A stretch of DNA of 64,000 nucleotides, from the NCBI GenBank assembly GCA_019359505.1, contig JAHHHD010000019.1, positions 1 to 64,000 of the forward strand, given 5' to 3'. The translations under genes were made by a program, and so were the position numbers. The number at the start of each line of letters is the position of its first letter. Position 1 is the first letter of the stretch. The notes under the pieces are model-generated. The model made no database searches, had not been told where the DNA came from, and saw only the letters and a program-made list of their open reading frames with translations. The stretch comes from Drouetiella hepatica Uher 2000/2452. Lineage in GTDB: Bacteria > Cyanobacteriota > Cyanobacteriia > Elainellales > Elainellaceae. Below, in pieces: positions 36,740-46,942 of the stretch.

Positions 36740-37534
36740 TTAAGCTCCTACTCGACCGTAGGCAGGCATATCATAGGTTTCAGCTCTACGGGCTTCATTC
36801 CAGGCTCTAGCAATCTGAGACTTGTGATCAGGAACATCATCCTGCTGTGCATATGCAAGCCGTCTTCCCTGCTTTACTGTTGTGCTGGAGATTGAGCCTA
36901 TGACTTCGCCTGCGTCGGCTGAAAGCTTTGCTAACTGCTCTCCAAAGTCTTTTTGAATAGCAGATCTTAGCTGTACATAGTCTGTCCGGGAAGGGTGGTC
37001 TTGTCCGTGCAGGTCAGAAATTCTAGCTTCAGTCTCGCTTCTTATGGAGGAAAGCTCCTTACTGTATAGACTTGTGAGCTGCTGCTTGTCAGCCTGGGTC
37101 AAGTTTGACTTTTCAATAGCTCTGATAGCTCCAAGGACTGGCTTACCGTTTATCTCAAGTTCACCTGTCTGAAGGGATAGAGCAGCGTTTACAAGACCAT
37201 TTCTCACAAGCTGTAAGTCTTGACCAATATCGGTTTTAATCTCCTCAACTAAAGCACCTCTTGCTTTTCTGTCTGCCTCCAGACCATCAGAAACAAACTT
37301 CTCAACCCTTCCACCGATCGCCCGTGCCGTCGAAGTCACAAGCTCAAGTGCTTCCTCTTTGAACTGCTCAGGCTTGGTTATGACTGTGACGGCTGCTCCA
37401 AGTCCAAACTTTGCAACTGTTGAGACAAGAGAGAATCTTGAGGCTAGATTGCCTAGAGTGTTTCCTGCCTGCTCCAGGGCTTTTTCACCTGCTTGAACGA
37501 AACTTTGAGAATTAGAATTTACTGCCTGAGACAT
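36740..37534 (-). CDS. Hypothetical helical protein (264 aa)
   Basis: Clean ORF with no recognised motif. Confidence 0.5.
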   Translation of the reverse strand: MSQAVNSNSQSFVQAGEKALEQAGNTLGNLASRFSLVSTVAKFGLGAAVTVITKPEQFKEEALELVTSTARAIGGRVEKFVSDGLEADRKARGALVEEIKTDIGQDLQLVRNGLVNAALSLQTGELEINGKPVLGAIRAIEKSNLTQADKQQLTSLYSKELSSIRSETEARISDLHGQDHPSRTDYVQLRSAIQKDFGEQLAKLSADAGEVIGSISSTTVKQGRRLAYAQQDDVPDHKSQIARAWNEARRAETYDMPAYGRVGA

Positions 37535-38026
37535 ACAACAACCAATTAATGAATGATTTTTAGAATAAAAAAGATACTGTTTTATAACTAAGTTTTAGTC
37601 AGTAATCAAGGATTGTCTTGGTAGTAGTGAGAGGGTTCTTATCTGTGAGTTTTCGGAAGGCTTTTACGGTCATTAACAAAAACATGACTTTACAAAAAAA
37701 AGAGACGTTACCTCTAGGTCGATGAAAACCTAGAAGTAACGTCTGAAAACAAAGTGTGTTTGACAAACAAAGCACATCTTTACAAGGACTTATAGTATCA
37801 ACAATTTTTTTAGATTAATCAATATTTTTTATAAAAATAACTCTCGCAGTAGCCATTTAATAAGAAAGCAGAGTTTAAGCGTTTAATTTGCTCATTCCAG
37901 TTTAATCCTGTCTTCATTCTCATTAATTTTCCCATTCTAAAAGCTTGGTACAGATACACCTATGCAGCAGAGCTGTAAAAAGTGCGTTTTTGAACCAAAA
38001 ATTAATTACTTTAATATGGAAAATAT

Positions 38027-38581
38027 ATGGGAAAGAGATTTGATAAAAAAATAGGATTATATACAGTACCATCCGAAAGAACATCAATTTATATTGCAGA
38101 CTTAGCAGAATACAATGATGGAAACTTAGAAGGGGATTGGTTTGAGATTGATGATAGTACAACAGTTGAAGATGTACATGCAGCAATTAAAGAAATTTTA
38201 GAACGAGGCGTTTCAGATGGCTCACCGCATGAAGAATGGGCAATTCATGACTATAACAACATTCCGCTTGATAGTGAGTATCCAGACATTGAGTTAGTTT
38301 TGAAAGTTGCTAGTTTAGTGAGAAAACATAGTTACGAAGAAGTAGCAGCATTTCTAAAGCATTTTGATGAGACCCAAATTGATGATTTTGAAAGGCGTGC
38401 AATGGGTATATACAGCTCAGAAGAAGAATACTTAGATGAGGTAAACGATTTTTCAAGTATCCCCGAAAAATTCTTGACTTATTTAGACTATAAAAAAATG
38501 TTTAGAGATTATGAGCTGTCTGGAGAGATTATTCGAGAAGATGTATTCGGCGGCGATTTCATTCTTTTTTACAATCATTAA
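38027..38581 (+). CDS. ardA: ArdA-family antirestriction protein
   Basis: IYIADLAEYNDGNLEGDWFEIDD...HEEWAIHDYNNIP matches the ArdA N-terminal pattern. The protein is acidic. Confidence 0.9.
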   Translation: MGKRFDKKIGLYTVPSERTSIYIADLAEYNDGNLEGDWFEIDDSTTVEDVHAAIKEILERGVSDGSPHEEWAIHDYNNIPLDSEYPDIELVLKVASLVRKHSYEEVAAFLKHFDETQIDDFERRAMGIYSSEEEYLDEVNDFSSIPEKFLTYLDYKKMFRDYELSGEIIREDVFGGDFILFYNH

Positions 38582-38619
38582 AAAAGGGATTTTAACATCA
38601 TTTTTACAAGGAAATAAAC

Positions 38620-39048
38620 ATGATAAAAAACAAAGAAAGTGTACGTATTAAGGCAACACAGTCAGACAAACAAGAAACGCTCGTTAAAACACTTAAAGAA
38701 CGAGATTTATTTAGATTCTATGGTACGGAACAATATTTTAAGCACTGGCTTGGAATATATATATATACAGATGGAATTAAATACTTAGCTGAGCATGGTA
38801 AAGCTCATTGGCTTATTGATGAAATAGTTTTTTACCAAAAAGACTTAAGAATCAAAAATGATGAAATGCTTCAAAGTATTCAATTTTGGAATTTAATTGT
38901 GAACAAAGACTCAACAGCAGAATTAATATGTGAAAGAGACGAGGGAGACGTAGCGTTAAAGAAGGATATTGATTATACAGACTTTCCTTTAGAAAAAGTT
39001 ACTATTTACGTTCAAGAAAATGTAATTTTACTTCCTAGTGAATACTAA
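38620..39048 (+). CDS. Conserved plasmid protein downstream of ardA (tentatively DUF6876-like)
   Basis: LFRFYGTEQYFKHWLGIYIYTDGIKYLAEHGKAHWLIDEI resembles a family I recall being adjacent to antirestriction genes. The assignment is tentative. Confidence 0.5.
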   Translation: MIKNKESVRIKATQSDKQETLVKTLKERDLFRFYGTEQYFKHWLGIYIYTDGIKYLAEHGKAHWLIDEIVFYQKDLRIKNDEMLQSIQFWNLIVNKDSTAELICERDEGDVALKKDIDYTDFPLEKVTIYVQENVILLPSEY

Positions 39049-39106
39049 CTTACATAAATAATATAAACAAAATAATTTTAATATCACTTTCTACACACAC
39101 CGCGAA

Positions 39107-39180
39107 AGAGTTATTAACAGGGCTAAAGGCTTACGAGGCTTTTAATTGCCTCTCCAGCCTAAAGCCCTGTTAATAACTCT
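39107..39180. other. Long imperfect hairpin (~74 nt) in the ardA-side intergenic region
   Basis: AGAGTTATTAACAGGGC (39107-39123) pairs perfectly with GCCCTGTTAATAACTCT (39164-39180). Further partial pairing and an inner GAGGC/GCCTC stem extend it. Confidence 0.7.
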
Positions 39181-39299
39181 AACGCTCCTGCACTTGTAAC
39201 GCACACAGCAGCAATACACCCATGCAGCAAAGCTGCCTTTGTGCATATACAAAAGTATATGCATTTTACAAAAACAAAAAAAATTACAAGGAAACACAA

Positions 39300-39577
39300 T
39301 GAACACAGAAACTACAGAAACTATAGAGGAATTCATCCCAAACAAACCATTTCTAGTACAGAACATAAACTTCTTATCAGCTTCAGAGCTTATGGAAGAA
39401 GTTCAAAAAAGAGACTTCCTAATCGGCAGTTTATACGAGCAAGTCGAAGAAGGGAAAAACCAGTATGAATTTTCAAGCGAGAAAATGTACATACAGTACA
39501 AAAAGTATCTATTATTAAATACTCTGTACTTCATTTCAATTTTTACTCTTTTTCTGCTCTTAGAAGGCGGCTCTTAA
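39300..39577 (+). CDS. Small hypothetical protein with a C-terminal TM helix (92 aa from ATG 39300)
   Basis: ATG 39300 is chosen over the track start at 39239. The C-terminus is LLLNTLYFISIFTLFLLL. Confidence 0.4.
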
Positions 39578-39863
39578 TTAATCAAATAATTTATTTTTTA
39601 CCTGAAAAAAAGCTTGATTTTATTAAGAATTTCAGGTACTTTATTTCTTCACACCCATGCACCCAAGTAGATACAAAATCAACCAAGTGCATATACGAAA
39701 CCATTACACAGCAAGCTCTTTTCCTGGTATACACATTCGATCGCCCCAGTAACTACCCAGGTTAACCACCATCTTCCAACTACTTCCAATACACACAAAA
39801 ACTAACCTGTAACAAGTAAAATGCTTTAGCTATAAGGTTATTTTCTTAAGGCAGAATCCGATC

Positions 39864-40202
39864 GTGTCTAAAAACAACCAAAAGCGACCATGCGGGGGTA
39901 GGACTAAAAGGGCAAACTACAAAACGGTAGTGATCCGAGTGCCGGTTCCGTTAAAAGCTCAGGTAGAAGGGCTGATTTCTGCCTTCCATGAAGAGAACGA
40001 TCGCTATTTGGCTCTACCTATCGCCGGCTCCTGGTGGGAAGTGCTAGGGGTGTCTCCTGGTGCGTCTGTTGATGAAGTGAAGCAGTCTTATCGATCGCTT
40101 GCTCGTCTGTATCATCCAGATAGCAACAAGCGGAGAGACGCGGAAGCAAGATTTGCTGCTCTCAATGAGGCTTACAGAGCTTTCCAGGCAGGTAACAGCT
40201 AA
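39864..40202 (+). CDS. J-domain (DnaJ-like) protein
   Basis: WWEVLGVSPGASVDEVKQSYRSLARLYHPDSNKRRDAEARFAALNEAYRAF contains the HPD motif. The start is GTG. Confidence 0.8.
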   Translation: MSKNNQKRPCGGRTKRANYKTVVIRVPVPLKAQVEGLISAFHEENDRYLALPIAGSWWEVLGVSPGASVDEVKQSYRSLARLYHPDSNKRRDAEARFAALNEAYRAFQAGNS

Positions 40203-40483
40203 GAAAGGATGATTAGGTTAGGCAATACGCCTGTAGGAGCTGCTGCTCCTCTTAAGAGACCTTCAGAGCTTAAATCCTCGTCGATCGCTTCCCAGTGAAT
40301 GCCATAACCACCACCGCACACTTGCCACTGTTGCCTTTGCTCCTCAGTTGCATTCATAAGCCTTGGATACCAAACAAGGGGAACGGTTATGGTGCGTCCG
40401 TCCATTAGTGACACGCTTAAAGTGTCTTCAGAAAGTTTTACATCGGTGATTCTTTCATCTGATGCTGGAGCCAAAATACCCAT
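40199..40483 (-). CDS. DUF2442-family protein
   Basis: LMDGRTITVPLVWYPRLMNATEEQRQQWQVCGGGYGIHWEAIDEDLSSEGLL. Confidence 0.75.
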   Translation of the reverse strand: MGILAPASDERITDVKLSEDTLSVSLMDGRTITVPLVWYPRLMNATEEQRQQWQVCGGGYGIHWEAIDEDLSSEGLLRGAAAPTGVLPNLIILS

Positions 40484-40700
40484 ACCATCCTTCTAATAAA
40501 GTCTTTTTATGTTCGTTGACCAGTTTTGTGAGTGTCATCAGCTCTGTAGGGCTAAATCCATTACTACGTGCAAGTTGAATAGATTTCAACCAGAACTTTG
40601 CAGAGTTATTATCTCTATCAATATGTATATGAGGAGGTTCGCTACCTTCGTGACTATAAAAGTAGAATCTGTACGCTCCTATTCTAAGAATCGTCGGCAT
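40455..40700 (-). CDS. DUF4160-family protein
   Basis: MPTILRIGAYRFYFYSHEGSEPPHIHIDRDNNSAKFWL. It overlaps the downstream DUF2442 gene, the usual pairing. Confidence 0.75.
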   Translation of the reverse strand: MPTILRIGAYRFYFYSHEGSEPPHIHIDRDNNSAKFWLKSIQLARSNGFSPTELMTLTKLVNEHKKTLLEGWYGYFGSSIR

Positions 40701-40884
40701 GAATTCTTATCTACATGAATTTATGCCAGTTGTCACGGGCTTTTTTTAGGAAGGATTTGAAAACTCAAAGTATTTTTTTAGCCATGTTCCTTGACTAGCT
40801 TAAAGAGATCAGTAAATTGAGGACTTAAAAAACAGCTTTAGGGGGCGACACTGCTTTACCTGGAGTTTCTTTGAGTGGAATTTT

Positions 40885-41361
40885 ATGGCGATTGAAGAAG
40901 ACAGTAGAAATTTGAATCAAAATGCTGGGATTGGTGAGCAGCCTGACCTTTCACAAAGCTTTGCTCCTAGAGAGGAAAGTGCAGTCTTAAACCAGGGTCA
41001 ACTCAATCAAGGAGAAGTTATCTTCCAGATAAAACAAGACCTAACTTTGCTTTTAGAGTCGTTAGGGATAATGAGAGAAAAATTTAAGATTGTAAGCAAT
41101 ATTGTAAATCAGCAATCAATGGAGGAAACAGAATTTCCTGCTGGCACTTCTACAAAAGGAGAGAAAAGTCTTGCTGATTTATTAGATGATTGTGCAGCAG
41201 ACATGAGAGATGTGATGATTGAGTTGATTGGCGAATCTGTCGAAAAGACCGGAGCAAGAGATTTATATGAAGCGGTAACGGAAATGGAAACTGCTTTTCA
41301 AACAACTGTTCGTTTACAACAACTAGCAGAAACCCTTTATGACGAAAATATTAATCACTAA
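40885..41361 (+). CDS. Hypothetical protein; its N-terminus and promoter region are paralogous to those of the 41603 ORF
   Basis: NLNQNAGIGEQPDLSQSFAP here compares with NLDQGEKLSGAVPDLSQSSLP in the neighbour. Both are preceded by TTCCTTGACTA. Confidence 0.5.
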   Translation: MAIEEDSRNLNQNAGIGEQPDLSQSFAPREESAVLNQGQLNQGEVIFQIKQDLTLLLESLGIMREKFKIVSNIVNQQSMEETEFPAGTSTKGEKSLADLLDDCAADMRDVMIELIGESVEKTGARDLYEAVTEMETAFQTTVRLQQLAETLYDENINH

Positions 41362-41602
41362 AGATGAACACGCCAAGTAAAGTATTTGACCGTCTATAAA
41401 GGCAAGGATCTCTATCGCTGTTCTAGAGATGACTTCACTAAGAGGACGATCGCACTTTAAGAGTGGTGTGGTGGGCTGTTAGGCTATCCCAGTGCAGTGA
41501 AATTAGCTGAACCATTTCCTTGACTATGCAAGAGATTTAGGTAGGCTTAAAGGCTCAAATATTAGCTCCTGAAAGCAGATGTGCTTTGCGGGAGTTTTTT
41601 TA

Positions 41603-42327
41603 TGTGGGGATTTGTGACGATCGAGGGAGATAAGAGAGGGCAAGAAAATTTAGATCAAGGTGAAAAACTGTCTGGGGCAGTACCTGACCTCTCACAATCT
41701 TCTTTACCATTAAATGAGATCAGCATAGATCAAGGAGAAGCTCATACTGCTGTACTTGATCGACAGACTTCTCTAACCCTGCTAGGTTCACTAGCTGGAG
41801 CGGATCGAATACAAAGAGAAGCAGAAGCCAGTAGTCTTGTCTGTAAGATTCTAGGGGATACTGAGTACGGCATAGAGATAGCAGGGGGATATTTAGCTCA
41901 TCATCCTGAGATTGCGGTTTCAGAGCTGCTCTCTAAAATTCAAGAAAAAATGAGTCAGGTGGGAGGAGGGCGATCAGGATCTAGTCTTGAGGGTAATTTG
42001 GAGGAAAGTTCCTCTGTTTTAGAAAGTACTTATGCTCTACTCGAATGCAGTTGGGAGAAGCTCGATTCTCCTACCCAAGAGATTGCCATCTTCATAGGGC
42101 ATCTTCCTCCCCACACAGATATTGCTTGGACAGTTGTAGAATTAATGAAGCAGATCGAACTAGAAGAGAATTCCGAAACTGACAGCGTTAATTTAATTAA
42201 TCTTGATAGAAGCAAAGAAAAGCTTATTCACTTAAATCTACTAAAACCAGTTGAAGATGAGAAGTATAGTATGCACTTAAATATTCGTAAATTCTTCCTC
42301 GATAAAGCATCTAATTTAGAAGTTTAA
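41603..42327 (+). pseudogene. P-loop-less paralog or fragment of the NB-ARC gene (ARC/winged-helix part only)
   Basis: GIEIAGGYLAHHPEIAVSELL and the C-terminal ...TQEIAIFIGHLPPHTDIAWTVVELMKQIELEENS... align with residues ~295-450 of the 44020-45372 protein. No Walker A or B motif is present. The ATG at 41603 is preferred over the GTG at 41581. Confidence 0.5.
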
Positions 42328-42332
42328 TATCT

Positions 42333-44027
42333 TTATTCTATTGATAATTTGTCTCTATCAATTTCATCAAACACATGGCTCTGGAGATCAGTATCTAAAT
42401 CGTTTTCATCAAAATCATTGCTCTTGAGAGCTGCAAAGAATTCAGTTAAGTACTCTGCATAGTCGAATTTATATTCAATACTTTTCTTATTTAAGTCTTT
42501 CAAACGATTGTTAAGGGAATTCGTCCTGAAAGACTCATATAGTGTAGTTTCTCTAAAACGAGTAACGGCAGCGTATAAATGAGAATACTCACGTAGTGCT
42601 CTTTTCAGGTTATAAGCTATTGGTGTAGCGTTTTCTTTCAAAAACCTCAAAGTACTTAGCCTCATAACAGCAATGGTAAAGTCAGGATGTATATAATACA
42701 ATAAAGTTCTGATCGCTGTTTCAAAGTAAGATGCTGAGTAAAAATACAACATCTCTATTTCATATAAAATCTCATATATCTGAAGAGTATCGGCAGTTTG
42801 AAGTTTTTTAGTTTCTCGACTAGCCAGATCATAAAGCAACCTCCCAAATAGAGTATAAAAATATGGGAAACCTCCATACTCTGTATCTACACCTTCTGTA
42901 ATTCTTTTATAAGCTTCCTCATAATAAGCTTTAGCAATATCCAGGTCTCCTTTATATTGAGCTATGAGTCCTTCTGTAAAAGGATTTTCAAACCCATACA
43001 TTCTTCTCAAATCATCATAATAATCTAGCTCCTTACGTATAGATAATTCTTGTGCTTCTGCAAAAAAGAACATTCCATATCGATCCGCCATTAGGGCGGA
43101 TATCTTCAATTGGTCAAAATGCTCAAAAAGAATACTCGGAGGCTTAGGTGCATATATGTAAAATAATCTATATGATTTTGCTAAGTAATTAACAGCGGCA
43201 CTAAAACGCATTTTCCGTATGAGAAACTTTCCAAATTGGAAGCAAACCATTCTTTCCTGATCGTTCCCAAAAGGGAGATCTAAATGTTGGTATATCTCAT
43301 AAGTTTTATTAAAGACCTCCATTAGTTCTGGTTGAGTAACCTCCGGTTCGACTTTTTTTAGCTCATTAAGGGCATCTGAAAAATTATTTAGAACTTGTCG
43401 ATAACTCAAATCTTCGTCTGTATCCAACTGAGCTAAAAAAAGATATGCGTTTGCTCTGATAAGTCCAAGAGTAGGGATATCTTCTGATGGGCTTATGTGC
43501 TTCAAATGTAGTATAGCTAAAGACAGAATTTTCCTAGCTGTATAATATTTTTTCCTGATTTTATAGTACAGTCCAAGGTAGCTCAGGCAAACGAGATATT
43601 GGATGGAATTTTTAAGTCCACCTTTGACATAAATACGTATGCCTTGAGTGCATAACTGTTTTGCTTCCTCATTATGCTCTCTTGCAAAGTAAAGCCCAAT
43701 TAATTTTGTCGATAGATGGTTGAAACTTTGTAAATAGAAAGGCTCATTTTTTTGAAGCAGTGATAACCCCTTCTTCAAATAATGAACTGCGTCATCGTCT
43801 CTGTCATAGTCTTCATAATGGCAGCCTAAGAGATGCCCCAAGAATGAAACTTCTAAATTAGTTAAAAGGTGACTAAAATCTGAGAAATAATAATTTATGT
43901 CTTCTATAAAAGGAGAAATATGTAAGAAAGCAAACCGAGCCTGGCTCGTCCATAATCTCTTAGGCACCTGCGAACATTTACGTACAAATGCCTTTATCGC
44001 AAGTTTGTACACTTTATCATTACTCAT
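42333..44027 (-). CDS. TPR-like helical-repeat protein, the probable sensor half of a split STAND NTPase
   Basis: 8-nt overlap with the upstream NB-ARC gene. Repeated amphipathic helix pairs occur throughout (e.g. AKAYYEEAYKRITEG), in 564 aa. Confidence 0.65.
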   Translation of the reverse strand: MSNDKVYKLAIKAFVRKCSQVPKRLWTSQARFAFLHISPFIEDINYYFSDFSHLLTNLEVSFLGHLLGCHYEDYDRDDDAVHYLKKGLSLLQKNEPFYLQSFNHLSTKLIGLYFAREHNEEAKQLCTQGIRIYVKGGLKNSIQYLVCLSYLGLYYKIRKKYYTARKILSLAILHLKHISPSEDIPTLGLIRANAYLFLAQLDTDEDLSYRQVLNNFSDALNELKKVEPEVTQPELMEVFNKTYEIYQHLDLPFGNDQERMVCFQFGKFLIRKMRFSAAVNYLAKSYRLFYIYAPKPPSILFEHFDQLKISALMADRYGMFFFAEAQELSIRKELDYYDDLRRMYGFENPFTEGLIAQYKGDLDIAKAYYEEAYKRITEGVDTEYGGFPYFYTLFGRLLYDLASRETKKLQTADTLQIYEILYEIEMLYFYSASYFETAIRTLLYYIHPDFTIAVMRLSTLRFLKENATPIAYNLKRALREYSHLYAAVTRFRETTLYESFRTNSLNNRLKDLNKKSIEYKFDYAEYLTEFFAALKSNDFDENDLDTDLQSHVFDEIDRDKLSIE

Positions 44028-45372
44028 AATCTTGATTAGACACTTTATTTCGGAAAAACTCGCGAAGTAATGGATGAAGCCGATAAGTTAAATCTTTAAC
44101 TGGTTTTAGTAAATTCAAGCTAATAAATTTACTCCTACTTTTATCAAGATTAACAAGTTCATCAGTGTTTATTGCAGAATTTTCTTCTAGTTCGATCTGC
44201 TTCATTAATTCTACAACTGTCCAAGCAATATCTGTTCGGGGTGGAAGATGCCCTATAAAGATGGCAATCTCTTGGGTCTCTGAATCAAGAATCTTCCAAG
44301 TTAATTCAAAAGCAGCATCGAGACCTCTACGTGCAGTAAGAGACCAATTAGGATTTTGCTGGAAATCTCCCTGAAAAGCTTCATGATGAAGGGCTTCTTT
44401 CCTGGAGGCAAATTCTTTTAATTGGGATAGAAGAAGTGAGGTTGGAATGCCAGACTCAATCGCTAAATATCTCCCTGCCAACTCAATCCCTAATGGCAGG
44501 TCTCCAAGAAATTCACACAGTTCTTGTGAGAGTGGATCGTCATAGAAAATGGTTTCATTTTCTGACAACCATTTAAGAAGTTCTATTGAATCAATTCGGT
44601 CAAGCACATCTAAATCAAAAAATATAAATGGATCTCTAAGTTTCAAACGAGTTGTAACTACAACCTTAAAACGATTATCACTAAATAATTCAAGAAAAGA
44701 CTTAATTTCTTCGTATTTTTCAATATCATCAAAAATGATAAGAACATTACCCTTAGTCCAATTATCTATACAAAACTGAACCTGATCAGAAGTGCTCAGA
44801 GGAATATTTAGCTTAAGCTTATTTTTAGAGAAAGATATAATCTGGGAAGCGATGCTTAGTTGATTTGAATCATCTGTTCTTACAGAAATCCAGCAAATAC
44901 CCCCAGGATAGTGCTGAAAGTATTTTTTGGCATATTGGATAGAAAACTCAGTTTTGCCAACTCCGCCCATACCGGATACTGCAACCCTCATCCTCCCTGG
45001 CTTTTGAAGTTCGGCGTGTAATTTCTTAAGTCTGTCGTCTCGTCCAAAGAAACCACCATCTCGAACCCCGCTTTCCAAAACGTTATGTGGTGGTTCAGAA
45101 AAGGAATGCTCAGGCTCTACTTCCTGTTCATCGCCCCAGTCCACTATAGACTCCCAATCTGTAATACCTAATTTTTCGCAGATAGCCAGAAATTTCTTAG
45201 CATCAACAGGCTCTCCCTTGAAAAACTGCCTTACTGCGTCCTTACGGGCATTTGGAGAGTCAGTTATGAAAGCTTCTAGGGTAGGGTACAACCTCTCTCG
45301 AAGACGAATGACAAAATCTAGCTTGCCCTTGCGAACAGAATACTTAGTCCTGTGGCGAGTCTGCTTGGTCAT
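44020..45372 (-). CDS. NB-ARC (STAND) NTPase with an N-terminal HTH-like domain
   Basis: Walker A VSGMGGVGKTEF, Walker B VLIIFDDIE, VVVTTR, and the GLPLAL-equivalent GDLPLGIELAGRYL. An XRE-like segment lies at the N-terminus. Confidence 0.85.
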   Translation of the reverse strand: MTKQTRHRTKYSVRKGKLDFVIRLRERLYPTLEAFITDSPNARKDAVRQFFKGEPVDAKKFLAICEKLGITDWESIVDWGDEQEVEPEHSFSEPPHNVLESGVRDGGFFGRDDRLKKLHAELQKPGRMRVAVSGMGGVGKTEFSIQYAKKYFQHYPGGICWISVRTDDSNQLSIASQIISFSKNKLKLNIPLSTSDQVQFCIDNWTKGNVLIIFDDIEKYEEIKSFLELFSDNRFKVVVTTRLKLRDPFIFFDLDVLDRIDSIELLKWLSENETIFYDDPLSQELCEFLGDLPLGIELAGRYLAIESGIPTSLLLSQLKEFASRKEALHHEAFQGDFQQNPNWSLTARRGLDAAFELTWKILDSETQEIAIFIGHLPPRTDIAWTVVELMKQIELEENSAINTDELVNLDKSRSKFISLNLLKPVKDLTYRLHPLLREFFRNKVSNQDYE

Positions 45373-45848
45373 GTTATGAGTGCCAACTCTTTTTAAGAGT
45401 ATACATTAGGTTTTTTGCTTAAATCCGACATAAATCCGACTTAGCTGGAATCTCCGCCTTAAAACAGTTTTCAGTCAGGTATTTTGCAAATTTACCAATG
45501 TTACTCTTCCTTTTAGTGAAGGAGCCTTTGGTAATACCAAAGACCTATCCACCAACCTAAGTCACTCCCAACCGCCCAAACCAACCCGTTAGCCTGGAGA
45601 GCGATCGCACATCCTGGCACAGGGTTCTTGTAACCAAAAATCAAGGAGGTGAGCAGCCCACTATGCATAACGGTCACTTTGACCAACCAGGGGAAAGGAA
45701 ACCATAGAGAGAGAAGAGATTAGGGAAAGAGAGATTCAAAACGCAAGGCTAGATATGTTTTGGCGACCAGATCTAGCGTTAAAACGTTGAAAAACCTCCT
45801 CTCTTTCCCTAAAAAAGCTTAAACCACATTTATTAGGAGAATTGTAAG

Positions 45849-46118
45849 ATGCCACCTACCAAACTGGCAATTGCTGGAGCAGACAAGCCTCAAAGGTACT
45901 CAGCCTTCTCTGAATTTACCTTTAACCAGAAGATGCTTTTAGCCGAGCTTATTCTGGAAAGCCTTAGAACTGGGCAGTCAACTGAAGAAAGCTTAGAGAC
46001 TCTTGATCCGGATGCAACCCTTTCGGAAGAAGGGGAAACGTTTATCAATCTTCATGCAGACGAACCTATTGATGGAGCGATCGGAGTTGTCCAGGCTCTT
46101 ATACTTTCACTCCGCTAG
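45849..46118 (+). CDS. Hypothetical small protein (89 aa)
   Basis: ORF only. Weak similarity to the next ORF (LLLAELILESLRTG vs LLLLEATARKIRLG). Confidence 0.35.
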   Translation: MPPTKLAIAGADKPQRYSAFSEFTFNQKMLLAELILESLRTGQSTEESLETLDPDATLSEEGETFINLHADEPIDGAIGVVQALILSLR

Positions 46119-46163
46119 TCACAACACTAAAAGCAAACCATATCCACAAGGAAGAACTGATTC

Positions 46164-46472
46164 ATGACTACACCCACAATGACCACTCGACAGCCCTCAG
46201 CCGTGCAAGAGATCGTGTCGGCTGCTGACCAGGCAAGCAAACTAATTGAAAGTCTACCTGCCTGCTCAAGTCTGACTAAAGACCGAAAACTTCTTCTATT
46301 AGAAGCAACGGCAAGAAAAATACGCCTGGGGCTATCGCTTGAAGAAGCCCTTAAGGGGGTTGAACCAATGGCTGAATATGTGCCTGTTGAAGTTGAAAGT
46401 CTGATATTTCCTGCTCAGACCGATTCAAATACGATGCTTGGGCTTCTTTTTGCCCTCGTATTATCTATCTAA
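46164..46472 (+). CDS. Hypothetical small protein (102 aa)
   Basis: ORF only. Confidence 0.35.
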   Translation: MTTPTMTTRQPSAVQEIVSAADQASKLIESLPACSSLTKDRKLLLLEATARKIRLGLSLEEALKGVEPMAEYVPVEVESLIFPAQTDSNTMLGLLFALVLSI

Positions 46473-46588
46473 TTGCCACTAGGATAAAACGCTTAAAAAA
46501 GGAGCCAAGACTTCCATAAGCCCCTTGGCTCCCTCAACTTAACTGTTAAACCATACATAGCTCTTCCAAGCAAAGGACAGTCACTCAA

Positions 46589-46837
46589 ATGAACAATATC
46601 GACCTAAGAAAACGCATGGTTCTGTTTGTTTTAGGCATGGGCTTAATCGGTGGAGCATTAGGCTATGCCGTAGGCTGTAAAGATGGTGCTTCTTGCAAAC
46701 TTAATCCAACATTACGCTTAGTAGCCATAGCTCAAGGAGCTGGTGCTGGCTGCGGTGCCGCAATTGGTGCAAGCCTGCCTGCCTTACTCTCCTCAAATGC
46801 TTCTGAATCAAATAGGAGAAAAAAAGGCACTAAATGA
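46589..46837 (+). CDS. Small Gly/Ala-rich membrane protein (82 aa)
   Basis: MVLFVLGMGLIGGALGYAVG and AQGAGAGCGAAIGASLPALL hydrophobic segments. Confidence 0.5.
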   Translation: MNNIDLRKRMVLFVLGMGLIGGALGYAVGCKDGASCKLNPTLRLVAIAQGAGAGCGAAIGASLPALLSSNASESNRRKKGTK

Positions 46838-46942
46838 TACCTCTTAAGCGATAAAGGCAATCGCCAGGTCATCACACATGATCTTTTTACTCAATCTAGT
46901 TCTGTAGATACAGCACTCCAAAAAAACTAGAAAGATAACAAA

